From NCBI RefSeq assembly GCF_044324875.1, contig NZ_CP172185.1: DNA of 64,000 nucleotides; one strand, given 5' to 3'. This stretch comes from Escherichia coli. Lineage in GTDB: Bacteria > Pseudomonadota > Gammaproteobacteria > Enterobacterales > Enterobacteriaceae. Positions 10,082-21,396 of the stretch are shown here, one piece after another. Each line of letters starts with the position of its first letter. Positions within the stretch are counted from its first letter, which is position 1. Under the pieces are notes generated by a model. It had not been told where the DNA came from. It worked only from the letters and a program-made list of their open reading frames with translations, and did not search any database. The position numbers and the translations under genes are program-made.

Positions 10082-11134
10082 CTAAACCGGCGCGCCAGTG
10101 CGTAACTGCTGTAACAAACGCTCCACGGGAGCCGCCAGGCCAACTGACGGCGGTTGCGCTAAGTTATACCAGAGCGCATTGCCTTCATCCATGCAGCCGG
10201 TGAATGACGACACGGGAAGCCACATAGGCACAATATCTAAGTGGAAATGGCTGAAGGTATGCCGAAACGCAGTCAGCTGCGTCAGGTTATCGGCAGAAAT
10301 CTGTCGTTGCGCCAGCCACTGCCGCAAACTTTCTTCATCGGCAAACTGCGGGAAACAGTATAAACCGCCCCACAATCCGCTCGGCGGACGCTGCGCCAGC
10401 AATACTTCATCTTCGTGCTGTAACAGCAAAAAGTAGCCGGTGCGCTCTGGCAGCGTCTGTTTCGGTTTTTTGCCCGGATAAAGCGACCAGCTATTGTTGG
10501 CGGCGGCAATACATCCGTTTTGTAGCGGACAGAGCGAACATTTCGGCTTAGAGCGCGTACAAATCATCGCGCCCAAATCCATCATCGCCTGATTAAACCG
10601 TTCCACGCCAACCGCGGGCGTCACCTGCTCGCTCAAACTCCATAGTTTATTCTCGACCTCTTTTTTCCCAGGCCAGCCGCTTACAGCATAGCAGCGCGCC
10701 AGCACCCGTTTGACGTTACCGTCGAGAATCGGAAAGTGCTTACCCAGAGAAAGCGAGAGAATCGCGCCGGCGGTGGAACGCCCGACGCCCGGTAACGCCG
10801 CGACTTCTTCAAAGGTTTCCGGGAATTTACCGCTGTGTAAGGTGGCCACTTGCTGTGCCGCTTTATGCAGATTGCGCGCGCGGGCGTAATAGCCAAGCCC
10901 GGTCCACAAGTGGAGAACTTCATCCAGCGGTGCATTGGCGAGATCGGTCACCGTCGGGAAGCGCGCCATAAAGCGTTCAAAATAGGGGATAACGGTCGCA
11001 ACCTGAGTTTGTTGCAACATCACTTCTGAGAGCCATACTTTGTAGGGCGTCTTGTCAATTTGCCAGGGCAGAGTTTTTCGCCCGTATTTACCGTACCAGT
11101 CCAGAACCTGGGCTGAAAATTGCGACGCTTGCAT
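10082..11134 (-). CDS. mutY: Adenine DNA glycosylase
   Basis: Translation from [14 protein letters not shown] matches MutY; Cys cluster [17 protein letters not shown] present. Confidence 0.95.
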   Translation of the reverse strand: MQASQFSAQVLDWYGKYGRKTLPWQIDKTPYKVWLSEVMLQQTQVATVIPYFERFMARFPTVTDLANAPLDEVLHLWTGLGYYARARNLHKAAQQVATLHSGKFPETFEEVAALPGVGRSTAGAILSLSLGKHFPILDGNVKRVLARCYAVSGWPGKKEVENKLWSLSEQVTPAVGVERFNQAMMDLGAMICTRSKPKCSLCPLQNGCIAAANNSWSLYPGKKPKQTLPERTGYFLLLQHEDEVLLAQRPPSGLWGGLYCFPQFADEESLRQWLAQRQISADNLTQLTAFRHTFSHFHLDIVPMWLPVSSFTGCMDEGNALWYNLAQPPSVGLAAPVERLLQQLRTGAPV

Positions 11135-11294
11135 GGTCACCGAATTCACTGTTGTTGGGGGCAAGATTGCAGCACAGCGACGGCAGGGTGTAAACCGGAA
11201 CTTTCCGCAGCCACGGCCTTATCATGCTTGCATCCGGCAACTAACTTTGGATAATGCCCGTTTTCAGAACACTTTCACAAGCGACTAAATCTTT

Positions 11295-12014
11295 ATGAAA
11301 AACGACGTCATCTCACCGGAATTTGATGAAAACGGCCGCCCACTGCGCCGTATCCGTAGTTTTGTGCGCCGCCAGGGGCGACTGACCAAAGGCCAGGAAC
11401 ATGCGCTGGAAAACTACTGGCCGGTGATGGGCGTTGAGTTCAGCGAAGATATGCTGGATTTCCCTGCGCTTTTTGGCCGTGAAGCGCCGGTGACGCTTGA
11501 GATTGGTTTCGGCATGGGGGCGTCGCTGGTGGCAATGGCTAAAGATCGCCCCGAGCAGGACTTCCTCGGCATTGAAGTGCATTCACCGGGCGTTGGTGCG
11601 TGCCTGGCTTCTGCGCATGAAGAGGGCTTAAGCAACCTGCGCGTGATGTGTCACGATGCGGTTGAAGTGCTGCATAAAATGATTCCTGACAATTCATTGC
11701 GCATGGTGCAGCTCTTTTTCCCTGACCCGTGGCACAAAGCGCGCCATAATAAACGCCGTATCGTTCAGGTGCCGTTTGCCGAACTGGTAAAAAGCAAACT
11801 GCAACTGGGGGGCGTATTCCATATGGCGACCGACTGGGAACCTTATGCGGAACATATGCTTGAAGTGATGTCTTCTATTGACGGGTATAAAAACCTGTCA
11901 GAGAGCAATGATTACGTACCGCGTCCGGCATCACGTCCGGTGACGAAATTTGAACAACGTGGTCATCGTCTTGGTCACGGAGTATGGGACTTAATGTTCG
12001 AGAGGGTGAAATAA
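11295..12014 (+). CDS. trmB: tRNA (guanine46-N7)-methyltransferase
   Basis: 239-aa ORF matching TrmB/YggH. Confidence 0.95.
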   Translation: MKNDVISPEFDENGRPLRRIRSFVRRQGRLTKGQEHALENYWPVMGVEFSEDMLDFPALFGREAPVTLEIGFGMGASLVAMAKDRPEQDFLGIEVHSPGVGACLASAHEEGLSNLRVMCHDAVEVLHKMIPDNSLRMVQLFFPDPWHKARHNKRRIVQVPFAELVKSKLQLGGVFHMATDWEPYAEHMLEVMSSIDGYKNLSESNDYVPRPASRPVTKFEQRGHRLGHGVWDLMFERVK

Positions 12015-12340
12015 TGGCAAAGAACCGTAGCCGTCGTCTGCGTAAAAAAATGCACATCGACGAATTCCAGGAATTAGGATTTTCGGTGGCATGGCGATTC
12101 CCGGAAGGTACATCGGAAGAACAGATTGATAAAACCGTTGATGACTTTATTAACGAGGTTATCGAACCGAACAAACTGGCCTTTGACGGCAGCGGTTATC
12201 TGGCCTGGGAAGGTCTAATCTGCATGCAGGAAATCGGCAAATGCACCGAAGAACATCAGGCGATTGTGCGTAAGTGGCTGGAAGAGCGCAAACTGGGCGA
12301 GGTACGCACCAGCGAACTTTTCGACGTTTGGTGGGACTAA
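12014..12340 (+). CDS. yggL: DUF469 protein YggL
   Basis: [23 protein letters not shown]; start overlaps the trmB stop (ATAATG). Confidence 0.9.
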   Translation: MAKNRSRRLRKKMHIDEFQELGFSVAWRFPEGTSEEQIDKTVDDFINEVIEPNKLAFDGSGYLAWEGLICMQEIGKCTEEHQAIVRKWLEERKLGEVRTSELFDVWWD

Positions 12341-12371
12341 GAAAGCATACGGGCGATGACAAATGCAAAAC

Positions 12372-12455
<84 letters not shown>

Positions 12456-12523
12456 ATGACATGTACTTTGTTATCAATCTGGGGCCAGCAAATGCTGGCC
12501 TGATTTGTTCTTGAGGGAAGACT

Positions 12524-13243
12524 ATGATGCGCAAAATGCTGCTGGCGGCAGCACTTTCAGTGACGGCGATGACCGCTCACGCCGACTACCAGTGCAGCGT
12601 CACGCCGCGTGACGATGTGATTGTCAGCCCGCAAACCGTGCAGGTGAAGGGCGAAAACGGCAATCTGGTGATCACGCCAGACGGCAACGTGATGTATAAC
12701 GGTAAGCAATATTCCCTGAATGCCGCCCAGCGCGAGCAGGCGAAGGATTATCAGGCTGAACTGCGTAGCACGCTGCCGTGGATTGATGAAGGTGCGAAAA
12801 GCCGCGTCGAGAAAGCCCGTATTGCGCTGGATAAAATTATCGTTCAGGAGATGGGCGAAAGCAGCAAAATGCGCAGCCGTCTGACCAAACTTGATGCGCA
12901 GCTGAAAGAGCAGATGAACCGCATTATCGAAACGCGCAGCGATGGCCTGACGTTTCACTATAAAGCCATTGATCAGGTTCGCGCCGAAGGCCAGCAATTA
13001 GTGAATCAGGCAATGGGCGGAATTTTACAGGACAGCATTAATGAAATGGGCGCGAAAGCGGTGCTGAAAAGCGGCGGTAACCCATTACAGAATGTGCTGG
13101 GAAGCCTGGGCGGTCTGCAATCCTCAATCCAAACCGAATGGAAAAAGCAGGAAAAAGATTTCCAACAGTTTGGCAAAGATGTTTGTAGCCGCGTTGTGAC
13201 TCTGGAAGATAGCCGCAAAGCCCTGGTCGGGAATTTAAAATAA
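12524..13243 (+). CDS. yggN: Periplasmic DUF2884 protein YggN
   Basis: Signal peptide MMRKMLLAAALSVTAMTAHA; matches YggN. Confidence 0.9.
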   Translation: MMRKMLLAAALSVTAMTAHADYQCSVTPRDDVIVSPQTVQVKGENGNLVITPDGNVMYNGKQYSLNAAQREQAKDYQAELRSTLPWIDEGAKSRVEKARIALDKIIVQEMGESSKMRSRLTKLDAQLKEQMNRIIETRSDGLTFHYKAIDQVRAEGQQLVNQAMGGILQDSINEMGAKAVLKSGGNPLQNVLGSLGGLQSSIQTEWKKQEKDFQQFGKDVCSRVVTLEDSRKALVGNLK

Positions 13244-13418
13244 TCCTCTATTTTAAGACGGCATAATACTTTTTTATGCCGTTTAATTCTTCGTTTTGTT
13301 ACCTGCCTCTAACTTTGTAGATCTCCAAAATATATTCACGTTGTAAATTGTTTAACGTCAAATTTCCCATACAAAGCTAAGGGATAATGCGTAGCGTTCA
13401 CGTAACTGGAGGAATGAA

Positions 13419-14465
13419 ATGGAGTTTTTCAAAAAGACGGCACTTGCCGCACTGGTTATGGGTTTTAGTGGTGCAGCATTGGCATTACCCAATATCACCA
13501 TTTTAGCAACCGGCGGGACCATTGCCGGTGGTGGTGACTCCGCAACCAAATCTAACTACACAGCGGGTAAAGTTGGCGTAGAAAATCTGGTTAATGCGGT
13601 GCCGCAACTGAAGGACATTGCGAACGTTAAAGGCGAGCAGGTAGTGAATATCGGCTCCCAGGACATGAACGATAATGTCTGGCTGACACTGGCGAAAAAA
13701 ATTAACACCGACTGCGATAAAACCGACGGCTTCGTCATTACCCACGGTACCGACACGATGGAAGAAACCGCTTACTTCCTCGACCTGACGGTGAAATGCG
13801 ACAAACCGGTGGTGATGGTCGGCGCAATGCGCCCGTCCACGTCCATGAGCGCAGACGGTCCATTCAACCTGTATAACGCGGTAGTGACCGCAGCTGATAA
13901 AGCCTCCGCTAATCGTGGCGTGCTGGTGGTAATGAACGACACCGTACTGGACGGTCGCGATGTCACCAAAACCAATACCACCGACGTAGCGACCTTCAAG
14001 TCTGTTAACTACGGTCCTCTGGGATACATTCACAACGGTAAGATTGACTACCAACGTACCCCGGCACGTAAGCACACCAGCGATACGCCGTTCGATATCT
14101 CTAAGCTGAATGAGCTGCCGAAAGTCGGCATCGTTTATAACTACGCTAACGCATCCGATCTTCCGGCTAAAGCACTGGTAGATGCGGGCTATGATGGCAT
14201 CGTTAGCGCTGGTGTGGGTAATGGTAACCTGTATAAATCCGTGTTCGACACCCTTGCAACCGCCGCGAAAAACGGCACTGCAGTAGTGCGTTCTTCCCGC
14301 GTACCGACGGGCGCTACCACTCAGGATGCCGAAGTGGATGATGCGAAATACGGCTTCGTCGCCTCTGGCACGCTGAACCCGCAAAAAGCGCGCGTCCTGC
14401 TGCAGCTGGCTCTGACGCAAACCAAAGATCCGCAGCAGATCCAGCAGATCTTCAATCAGTACTAA
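13419..14465 (+). CDS. ansB: L-asparaginase II (periplasmic)
   Basis: Full-length match to AnsB (348 aa) including signal peptide and TGGTIAG motif. Confidence 0.95.
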   Translation: MEFFKKTALAALVMGFSGAALALPNITILATGGTIAGGGDSATKSNYTAGKVGVENLVNAVPQLKDIANVKGEQVVNIGSQDMNDNVWLTLAKKINTDCDKTDGFVITHGTDTMEETAYFLDLTVKCDKPVVMVGAMRPSTSMSADGPFNLYNAVVTAADKASANRGVLVVMNDTVLDGRDVTKTNTTDVATFKSVNYGPLGYIHNGKIDYQRTPARKHTSDTPFDISKLNELPKVGIVYNYANASDLPAKALVDAGYDGIVSAGVGNGNLYKSVFDTLATAAKNGTAVVRSSRVPTGATTQDAEVDDAKYGFVASGTLNPQKARVLLQLALTQTKDPQQIQQIFNQY

Positions 14466-14472
14466 TCACCTC

Positions 14473-14499
14473 GCCCCGGTAACGTGCCGGGGCTTTTTC
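14473..14499 (+). terminator. Intrinsic terminator after ansB
   Basis: GCCCCGGTAACGTGCCGGGGC hairpin followed by TTTTT. Confidence 0.6.
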
Positions 14500-14581
14500 A
14501 CTTCAGACTTACGTCCATTGCCAATTTTCATCACCCTAATGATAATCACCAGAATAAATTATTCCGCGCGAGGGTTTTCGG

Positions 14582-15589
14582 GTGAAAAAGCAATGGATTG
14601 TTGGCACGGCGCTGATTATGTTGATGACTGGTAATGTCTGGGCAGATGGCGAACCGCCAACTGAAAATATCTTAAAAGATCAATTCAAAAAGCAGTATCA
14701 CGGCATTCTCAAGCTTGATGCTATCAGCTTAAAAAATCTTGATGCTAAGGGTAATCAGGCCACCTGGTCAGCGGAAGGCGATGTCTCTTCCAGTGACGAT
14801 CTCTATACCTGGGTCGGTCAGTTGGCAGATTACGAACTGCTCGAACAGACCTGGACGAAAGATAAACCGGTAAAATTCTCGGCGATGTTAACCAGTAAAG
14901 GAACGCCCGCGTCTGGCTGGTCGGTGAACTTTTACTCTTTTCAGGCGGCAGCCAGCGATCGTGGGCGGGTGGTCGACGATATCAAAACGAATAATAAATA
15001 TCTGATCGTGAATAGCGAAGATTTCAATTATCGCTTTAGTCAGCTTGAGTCTGCGTTGAATAACCAGAAGAACTCGATTCCTGCGCTGGAAAAGGAAGTG
15101 AAAGCGCTTGATAAGCAAATGGTGGCGGCGCAGAAAGCAGCGGATGCATATTGGGGAAAAGATGCAAACGGTAAGCAAATGACCCGCGAAGACGCCTTTA
15201 AAAAAATTCACCAACAGCGTGATGAGTTTAATAAACAGAACGATAGCGAGGCGTTCGCGGTTAAATATGACAAAGAGGTTTATCAACCGGCGATTGCGGC
15301 ATGTCATAAACAGAGTGCAGAGTGTTATGAAGTGCCGATTCAGCAGAAGCGAGATTTCGATATCAACGAACAACGGCGACAGACTTTTCTGCAATCACAA
15401 AAACTTAGCCGTAAATTGCAGGATGACTGGATAACGCTCGAAAAAGGGCAATATCCGTTAACGATGAAAGTTTCAGAAATAAACAGTAAAAAAGTCGCTA
15501 TTTTGATGAAAATTGATGATATCAACCAGGCTAATGAACGCTGGAAAAAAGATACCGAACAACTGCGGCGCAATGGAGTGATTAAGTAA
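14582..15589 (+). CDS. yggM: Periplasmic DUF1202 protein YggM
   Basis: GTG start; signal peptide; matches YggM. Confidence 0.85.
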   Translation: MKKQWIVGTALIMLMTGNVWADGEPPTENILKDQFKKQYHGILKLDAISLKNLDAKGNQATWSAEGDVSSSDDLYTWVGQLADYELLEQTWTKDKPVKFSAMLTSKGTPASGWSVNFYSFQAAASDRGRVVDDIKTNNKYLIVNSEDFNYRFSQLESALNNQKNSIPALEKEVKALDKQMVAAQKAADAYWGKDANGKQMTREDAFKKIHQQRDEFNKQNDSEAFAVKYDKEVYQPAIAACHKQSAECYEVPIQQKRDFDINEQRRQTFLQSQKLSRKLQDDWITLEKGQYPLTMKVSEINSKKVAILMKIDDINQANERWKKDTEQLRRNGVIK

Positions 15590-15607
15590 CTCATGTTAAG
15601 TACCTTT

Positions 15608-15646
15608 GCCGGATAATATAAAAAGTTATCCGGCAAATTATTTTTT
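15608..15646 (+). terminator. Intrinsic terminator after yggM
   Basis: GCCGGATAA/TTATCCGGC hairpin followed by a T-rich run. Confidence 0.55.
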
Positions 15647-16946
15647 ACATTAGCCCTAGTAGCTGTGGAATGAACAAGGATATTTGCGGGATGTAAGTGA
15701 TCATCATCAACGCGATTAACAATGCGGCATAAAATGGCAGCAATGGTTTGATCAAATGTTGAATCTTCACACCTGAAATAGAACAACCAACAAATAGCGC
15801 ACTACCCACCGGCGGTGTTAACAGCCCAATACAAAGGTTAGCCACCATCATAATACCGAAATGTACCGGATCCATTCCCAGCTCTTGTGCAATCGGCAAG
15901 AAGATTGGTGTGAAGATTAGTACAGCCGGTGTCATGTCCATAAAGATGCCGACAATTAATAAGACGATATTAATCAGCAGCAATATGATCAGTGGGTTAT
16001 CAGAAATCCCCATCAACGCGTCGCTGATCATATAAGGAATATCAGCATTGGTCATTGACCAGGACATGCCCACGGAAAAACCGATCAACAGTAATACAAT
16101 CGAAGTGGTAACAACCGATTCCAGAATCAGTTTGGGTAAATCGCGCCATTTTACTTCCCGGTAAATCAGCACCGAGAGAATAAATGTGTAGACAACGGCA
16201 ATCGCAGACGCTTCAGTTGCGGTAAAAATGCCGCCCAGAATGCCGCCCATTACAATGAACACCAGAAGCAAACTTGGTAAGGCATCCAGAAACGCTTTAC
16301 AGGCCTGAGCAAAGGTTGCTCTTTCTGAAAGTGGGTAGCCACGGCGTTTAGCAATAATGCCGCAGACTATCATTACCGCAAGACCCATTAAGATCCCTGG
16401 CAAATATCCCGCCATAAATAACGATGCTACAGAAACGCCGCCAGCTGTCAGGGAAAACACAATTAACACGTTTGAGGGCGGTATCAGTAATCCAGTAATA
16501 CAGGATGAGACGTTTACAGCGGTAGAAAATGCCGGATCATAACCTTCTTTGGTCTGAATGGGATTCAGTGTGCCACCAACGGCAGCAGCTGCCGCAACGG
16601 CTGAACCAGAAATGGAACCAAACATCATATTCGCCAGGACGTTCACATGACCAAGCGAACCAGGAACGCGGCCAACCATTACCTGGGCGAGGTTAATCAA
16701 ACGTATCGCAATACCGCCGCTGTTCATCAGCGTTCCGGCAAAGATGAAAAAGGGGATTGCCAACAGGGCAAAGTTATCCAGTCCATTAGCCAGTCGCTGC
16801 GAAACAGTGATTGCCGCGATATCCCAGGGAAACATCAAAAGCATTGAAGCTACAGTGGCAATACCGATTGAGAACGAAATGGGCACACCAATAAAGACCA
16901 GCACAAAAAAACAGCCAAACAGTGTAAGCGCGATATAACTATCCAT
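15645..16946 (-). CDS. TRAP transporter large permease subunit (DctM family)
   Basis: 433-aa polytopic membrane protein with DctM-like sequence; start overlaps the upstream dctQ-like stop (TAATG). Confidence 0.85.
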   Translation of the reverse strand: MDSYIALTLFGCFFVLVFIGVPISFSIGIATVASMLLMFPWDIAAITVSQRLANGLDNFALLAIPFFIFAGTLMNSGGIAIRLINLAQVMVGRVPGSLGHVNVLANMMFGSISGSAVAAAAAVGGTLNPIQTKEGYDPAFSTAVNVSSCITGLLIPPSNVLIVFSLTAGGVSVASLFMAGYLPGILMGLAVMIVCGIIAKRRGYPLSERATFAQACKAFLDALPSLLLVFIVMGGILGGIFTATEASAIAVVYTFILSVLIYREVKWRDLPKLILESVVTTSIVLLLIGFSVGMSWSMTNADIPYMISDALMGISDNPLIILLLINIVLLIVGIFMDMTPAVLIFTPIFLPIAQELGMDPVHFGIMMVANLCIGLLTPPVGSALFVGCSISGVKIQHLIKPLLPFYAALLIALMMITYIPQISLFIPQLLGLM

Positions 16947-17458
16947 TAACTGGCCTCCTGCGCAGGTTGTTTCAGTTGTTGAATGCTTTGATTAATAAAA
17001 CACAAGGCATAAAACATCATCACCAATCCACTTAATGGCAGAATGATATATACGTATCCCATCGGTATTTGCATCGCGGCAGATACCTGTGATGTTGCCA
17101 GTGTTTTATCAATTAATTTCAGGCCACCAGTCACAATGACCGAACCGGCAAAACCTAAAATAAGAACGTTAATGACTATACTAAGAAGTAATTGCTTGCG
17201 CTTATTCAGGGCGAGAGCAAATAAATCGATAGAGAGATGTCTCTGCGCGCCGACGGTATATGCAGCACCTAATAATCCTACCCAGATCATCAAAAAGCGT
17301 GCTAGCTCATCGGTTAATGTACTTGGCTGGTTAAGTACGTAGCGGCTAAATACTTGCCAGACTACGCATACAACCAGAGCAAGCATTACGGCGACAGAAA
17401 ACGCGGCAATGACGCGGTCTACCGCAAGTTTCAGGCGGTTAAATATCATTGTAAGCAT
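16946..17458 (-). CDS. TRAP transporter small permease subunit (DctQ family)
   Basis: 170-aa four-helix membrane protein lying between the SBP and large permease genes. Confidence 0.8.
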   Translation of the reverse strand: MLTMIFNRLKLAVDRVIAAFSVAVMLALVVCVVWQVFSRYVLNQPSTLTDELARFLMIWVGLLGAAYTVGAQRHLSIDLFALALNKRKQLLLSIVINVLILGFAGSVIVTGGLKLIDKTLATSQVSAAMQIPMGYVYIILPLSGLVMMFYALCFINQSIQQLKQPAQEAS

Positions 17459-17493
17459 CCTGGAAAATCAGGGCCAGAGACTGGCCCGGAATA

Positions 17494-18480
17494 TTATTGA
17501 GCAGCGTTGTCGAATTTCTCTAACAAAGCAGCTTGTTTTGGATCTTTTTTGAAGTCGTCAAACAGAGGCTGAACTGCGGCACGGAATGGGGCTTTATCAA
17601 CCTTAACGATTTCACCACCCATGGCTTTCGCCTGAGCACGTGTGTCAGCGTCAATTTTTTCCCACAATTTTTGTTGATAAGCTTCGGATTTCTTCGCCGC
17701 TGTTTCGAGGATTTGTTGCTGTTCTGGGGTTAATTTATTCCATGTTTTGGTGGAGATAACCAAAAAGTCAGGAATTGAGGCATGTTCATCTTCAGAAAAG
17801 ACTTTGGCAATTTCGATATGTCGAGTCTGCACCCAAGAAGGCACGTTATTTTCTGCGCCGTCTACTACACCTTGCTGCATCGCAGTATAAACTTCGCCAA
17901 ATGAAATTGGAGTGGGTGAGCCCCCCATCAGTTCAATCATTTTGATGGTGGTCGGGCTTGGCTGAACACGAATTTTCAGCCCTTTAAGATCTTCTGGCTT
18001 AGTAATCGGTTTTTTCGCATAGAAACTGCGTGTACCCGCTACATAAGCTGATAAAGCAAAAAAGCCTTTATCTTTTGTTGAATCCATAATTTCTTTACCA
18101 ACTTCACCAAAAACCACTTTGTTGAAGTGCGCCTGATCTTTAAATAAGAACGGCAAATTATAGATAGCATAAATATTATCAAAAGACTCCAGATCACTGG
18201 CGGAACCTTTGGTCATATCCAGTGCACCATTTTGCAACAACTCCATAGTTTCTCGCGCATTACCCATCTGGCTGCTGGGGTAAATACGGATCACCATATT
18301 ACCTTTTGACAGCTGTTTTACTTCTTTCGCCAGCTCTTCAAAACTCTGATGTACAACATGACTTCTTTCCAGGTTGTGTGCTAACTTTAACGTCACTTTT
18401 TCTGCGGCGTTTACGCCAGTGCTAACCAGAGCCAGCAAGGATGCGCAGACTAATGAGCGGGTAAATGACCTCATTTTCAT
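17494..18480 (-). CDS. TRAP transporter periplasmic solute-binding protein (DctP family)
   Basis: Signal peptide plus DctP-like sequence (GTRSFYAKKPI, QGVVDGAEN). Confidence 0.85.
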   Translation of the reverse strand: MKMRSFTRSLVCASLLALVSTGVNAAEKVTLKLAHNLERSHVVHQSFEELAKEVKQLSKGNMVIRIYPSSQMGNARETMELLQNGALDMTKGSASDLESFDNIYAIYNLPFLFKDQAHFNKVVFGEVGKEIMDSTKDKGFFALSAYVAGTRSFYAKKPITKPEDLKGLKIRVQPSPTTIKMIELMGGSPTPISFGEVYTAMQQGVVDGAENNVPSWVQTRHIEIAKVFSEDEHASIPDFLVISTKTWNKLTPEQQQILETAAKKSEAYQQKLWEKIDADTRAQAKAMGGEIVKVDKAPFRAAVQPLFDDFKKDPKQAALLEKFDNAAQ

Positions 18481-18795
18481 AAAAAAACTCCCTGTTGAAG
18501 AATGGAAATTGGTTGATATCTAATTGTGATTATCAGTGCTTTGTGCGACAAATTGGTTAACCTGTCTGACAACTTGTCTATGTTTATCACAACTTGAAAT
18601 AAAGTCAGAAATTAAATATTAATTTTGTGCGCCAGGTTGTACATGTTTATAATCAATAAATGATGAGTAAGTATTCACTAAATATATATAATAAATGTCG
18701 TCGATATTTATTCAGTAAGGAAATATATTTTTGCCGAAGTAAATTAACGCGGGGGATAAAAGAAGTGATTAATGCGCCCGCAGGCGCATTAATGA

Positions 18796-19932
18796 TTACT
18801 CAGCGAGGAATAATTCAAGAAGTGAGTTTAAGAATAATTTACCATGCTCGGTTATCTGCCAGTAATCTGCACATTCTGTGAGATAACCCTGAGCGATAGC
18901 CTCGTCTAACTGAGGGCGAATAACTTCTTCAGAAAGGCCAGTATACTGGCTAAACTCCACGCGCGGCGCGGCTTCCAGCAGACGGAAGCGATTCATAAAG
19001 AACTCAAACGGCTTATCTGCAGCTTCGACATCACGCTGGCTTTCCAGATACCTTCCTTGCATAAAACCACGCGGATGACGCGTTTTGGTGGTACGCAGAA
19101 TGCGCCCATCCGGGAAGGTCACTTTGCCGTGCGCGCCGCAGCCAATACCAATGTAGTCGCCAAATCGCCAGTAGTTGAGATTGTGCTGGCACTGATAACC
19201 GGGTTTGGCGTAAGCGGATGTTTCATACTGCTGATAGCCCGCTGCGGTTAATAACTGATGCCCCTGTTCGAAAATATCCCACAGCGCGTCATCGTCCGGC
19301 AGTACAGGAGGGCGCGAGCCAAACAGCGTATTAGGTTCGATGGTCAGTTGATACCAGGAAAGATGTGGCGGATTCAGTTCAATAGCCTGGCGCAGATCGC
19401 CTAGCGCCTCTTCCAGTGATTGATCCGGCAGCCCATGCATCAAATCAAGGTTAAAACTACGTAACCCTAAACCGCTCGCCAGCTTCGCCGCTCGTTTCGC
19501 TTCTTGCGGGCCATGAATGCGCCCAAGTCGTTTCAGCTTTTCTTCGCTAAAACTCTGCACACCAATAGAGATGCGGTTCACACCAGCACGCTGATAATCG
19601 ACAAAGCGATCGGCTTCAACCGTACCAGGGTTCGCTTCCATAGTAATTTCTGCATCCGCTGCCAGCGGCAAACGCGCACGCACGCCGTCCAGCAGCGTTT
19701 GCATCGCCGGGCCGGAAAACAGGCTCGGCGTACCACCGCCAATAAAGATTGTCTGCACTTCACGGCCCTGAGCGTAAGCCACGTCGTTGTCCAGATCGCA
19801 AAGCAGATGCTGAACATAATCGTCGTGCGGCACTTCTCCTTTCAACGCGTGAGAGTTGAAATCGCAGTACGGGCATTTCTGCACGCACCACGGGATGTGA
19901 ATGTAGAGACTCAGCGGCGGTAATTTAACCAT
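18796..19932 (-). CDS. hemW: Radical-SAM heme chaperone HemW (YggW)
   Basis: CxxxCxxC radical-SAM motif (CVQKCPYC); matches HemW. Confidence 0.95.
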
Positions 19933-20518
19933 TACGTAAAGCGTCCAGCAGCAGTTTCAATGCCTGACCACGGTGGGAAATGGCGCTCTTTTCTTCGCGG
20001 GTCAGTTCGGCAGCGGTTTTCCCTTCGGAAGGTACGAAGAAGATTGGATCATAACCAAAGCCGCCAGTGCCCGCTGGTTCACGAGTAATCACACCCGGCC
20101 AGCTGCCGTGGCACACCAGCGGAGTGGGATCTTCCGCGTGACGCAGATATACCAGCACGCAGTGGAAACGTGCCTGACGTTGGTCGTCCGGTACGTCTTT
20201 CATTGTTTCCAGCAGTTTTTGCAGGTTCTTTTGATCGGTCGCGTCTTCACCGGAATAACGCGCGGAGTAAATACCCGGCGCGCCACCCAGCGCATCTACC
20301 GCCAGACCGGAGTCGTCGGCAATTGCCGGTAAACCGGTCACTTTTGCCGCATGGCGCGCTTTCAGAATCGCGTTTTCGATAAAGGTCAGGCCGGTTTCTT
20401 CAGCGGAATCTACGCCGAGGTCTGTTTGGGCCACGATATCAAGACCGAAGTCGCTAAGCAGCGACGCCAGCTCACGCACTTTACCGGCATTGCCGGTTGC
20501 GAGGACAACTTTTTGCAT
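19925..20518 (-). CDS. rdgB: dITP/XTP pyrophosphatase
   Basis: [16 protein letters not shown]; matches RdgB (197 aa). Confidence 0.95.
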
Positions 20519-20525
20519 AGGATAC

Positions 20526-20828
20526 CTAATTAATTAACGCCGCGATTTCTGGCGGGATTTGTTGCGGATTAATGATTTTAATTTGTTTGTGGCGGCCAAG
20601 TTCGCCTTTTTCAATCACCACCTGGCTTTTGGCAACCCGGAATTGCTTACCGAGAAACTTCACCAGATGGCTGTTGGCCTGGCCGTCAACCGGCGGCGCG
20701 GTAATGGCGACTTTTACCTCGTCGCCATGTAAACCGACAATAGAATCACGGCTGGCTTTCGGCTGAATATAGAGCCGTAAAACCAGACCGTCATCATTAA
20801 TTGTTACGGCACTCATAACGCCATCCAC
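20526..20828 (-). CDS. yggU: DUF167 protein YggU
   Basis: 100-aa ORF in the conserved yggS-yggT-yggU-rdgB-hemW cluster. Confidence 0.85.
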
Positions 20829-21379
20829 AGCCCCGGCAGCAGCATGTTTCCGGTTGCCTGTAATACTTCTGCGACACCCATATTGATGACATACAGCAGC
20901 AGAACGAGGATCATCGGCGAGAAATCAATCCCACCCATTGCCGGTAGCAGGCGGCGAATCGGGCGCAGCAGCGGATCGGCCAGCTGAATCAGCACGTATT
21001 CAATCGGACTACGACCCTGGCTTACCCAGCTCATAATCGCCATCACCAGCAGGACCCAGAAAATCAGCAGGCCGATGGTTTTCAGCAGAATCAGTAAACC
21101 GGCAATCCAGATGATTGGCAGGAAGGTCACCACTTTAAACAGCACGATGGCTTTGATAAAACTGAGAATATAGGCAACCAGCAGCGAGGCGCTGTCAATG
21201 GGTCCCATTGCCGGAATAACGCGGCGCAGTGGCCCGATAATTGGCTGCGTTACCTTCACTACAAACTGTGAGAAGGGGTTGTAAAAATCACAATGAGCCC
21301 ACTGCATCCAGATGCGTAATAACAGCACCATGGTATACAGCTCAATGACCGTTGAAAGCAGGAAAGTCAACGTATTCAT
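20813..21379 (-). CDS. yggT: YggT-family membrane protein
   Basis: 188-aa membrane protein overlapping the yggU start. Confidence 0.85.
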
Positions 21380-21396
21380 GGCGTTCCTTTAATTCC

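Noticed and set aside
13330-13370. Possible FNR/CRP sites in the ansB promoter
   Set aside because: ansB is known to be FNR- and CRP-dependent, but I could not find a convincing TTGAT-N4-ATCAA or TGTGA-N6-TCACA match by eye.
13503-14420. 305-aa minus-strand ORF inside ansB, and ORFs at 8464-9018 and 9145-9843 opposite mltC
   Set aside because: Antisense shadow ORFs; the sense-strand genes match known proteins over their full length.
18660-18881. 73-aa ORF in the AT-rich region upstream of the TRAP operon
   Set aside because: Composition-driven ORF in a promoter-like AT-rich spacer; Lys/Ile/Tyr-rich translation, no RBS, and it overlaps the hemW 3' end.
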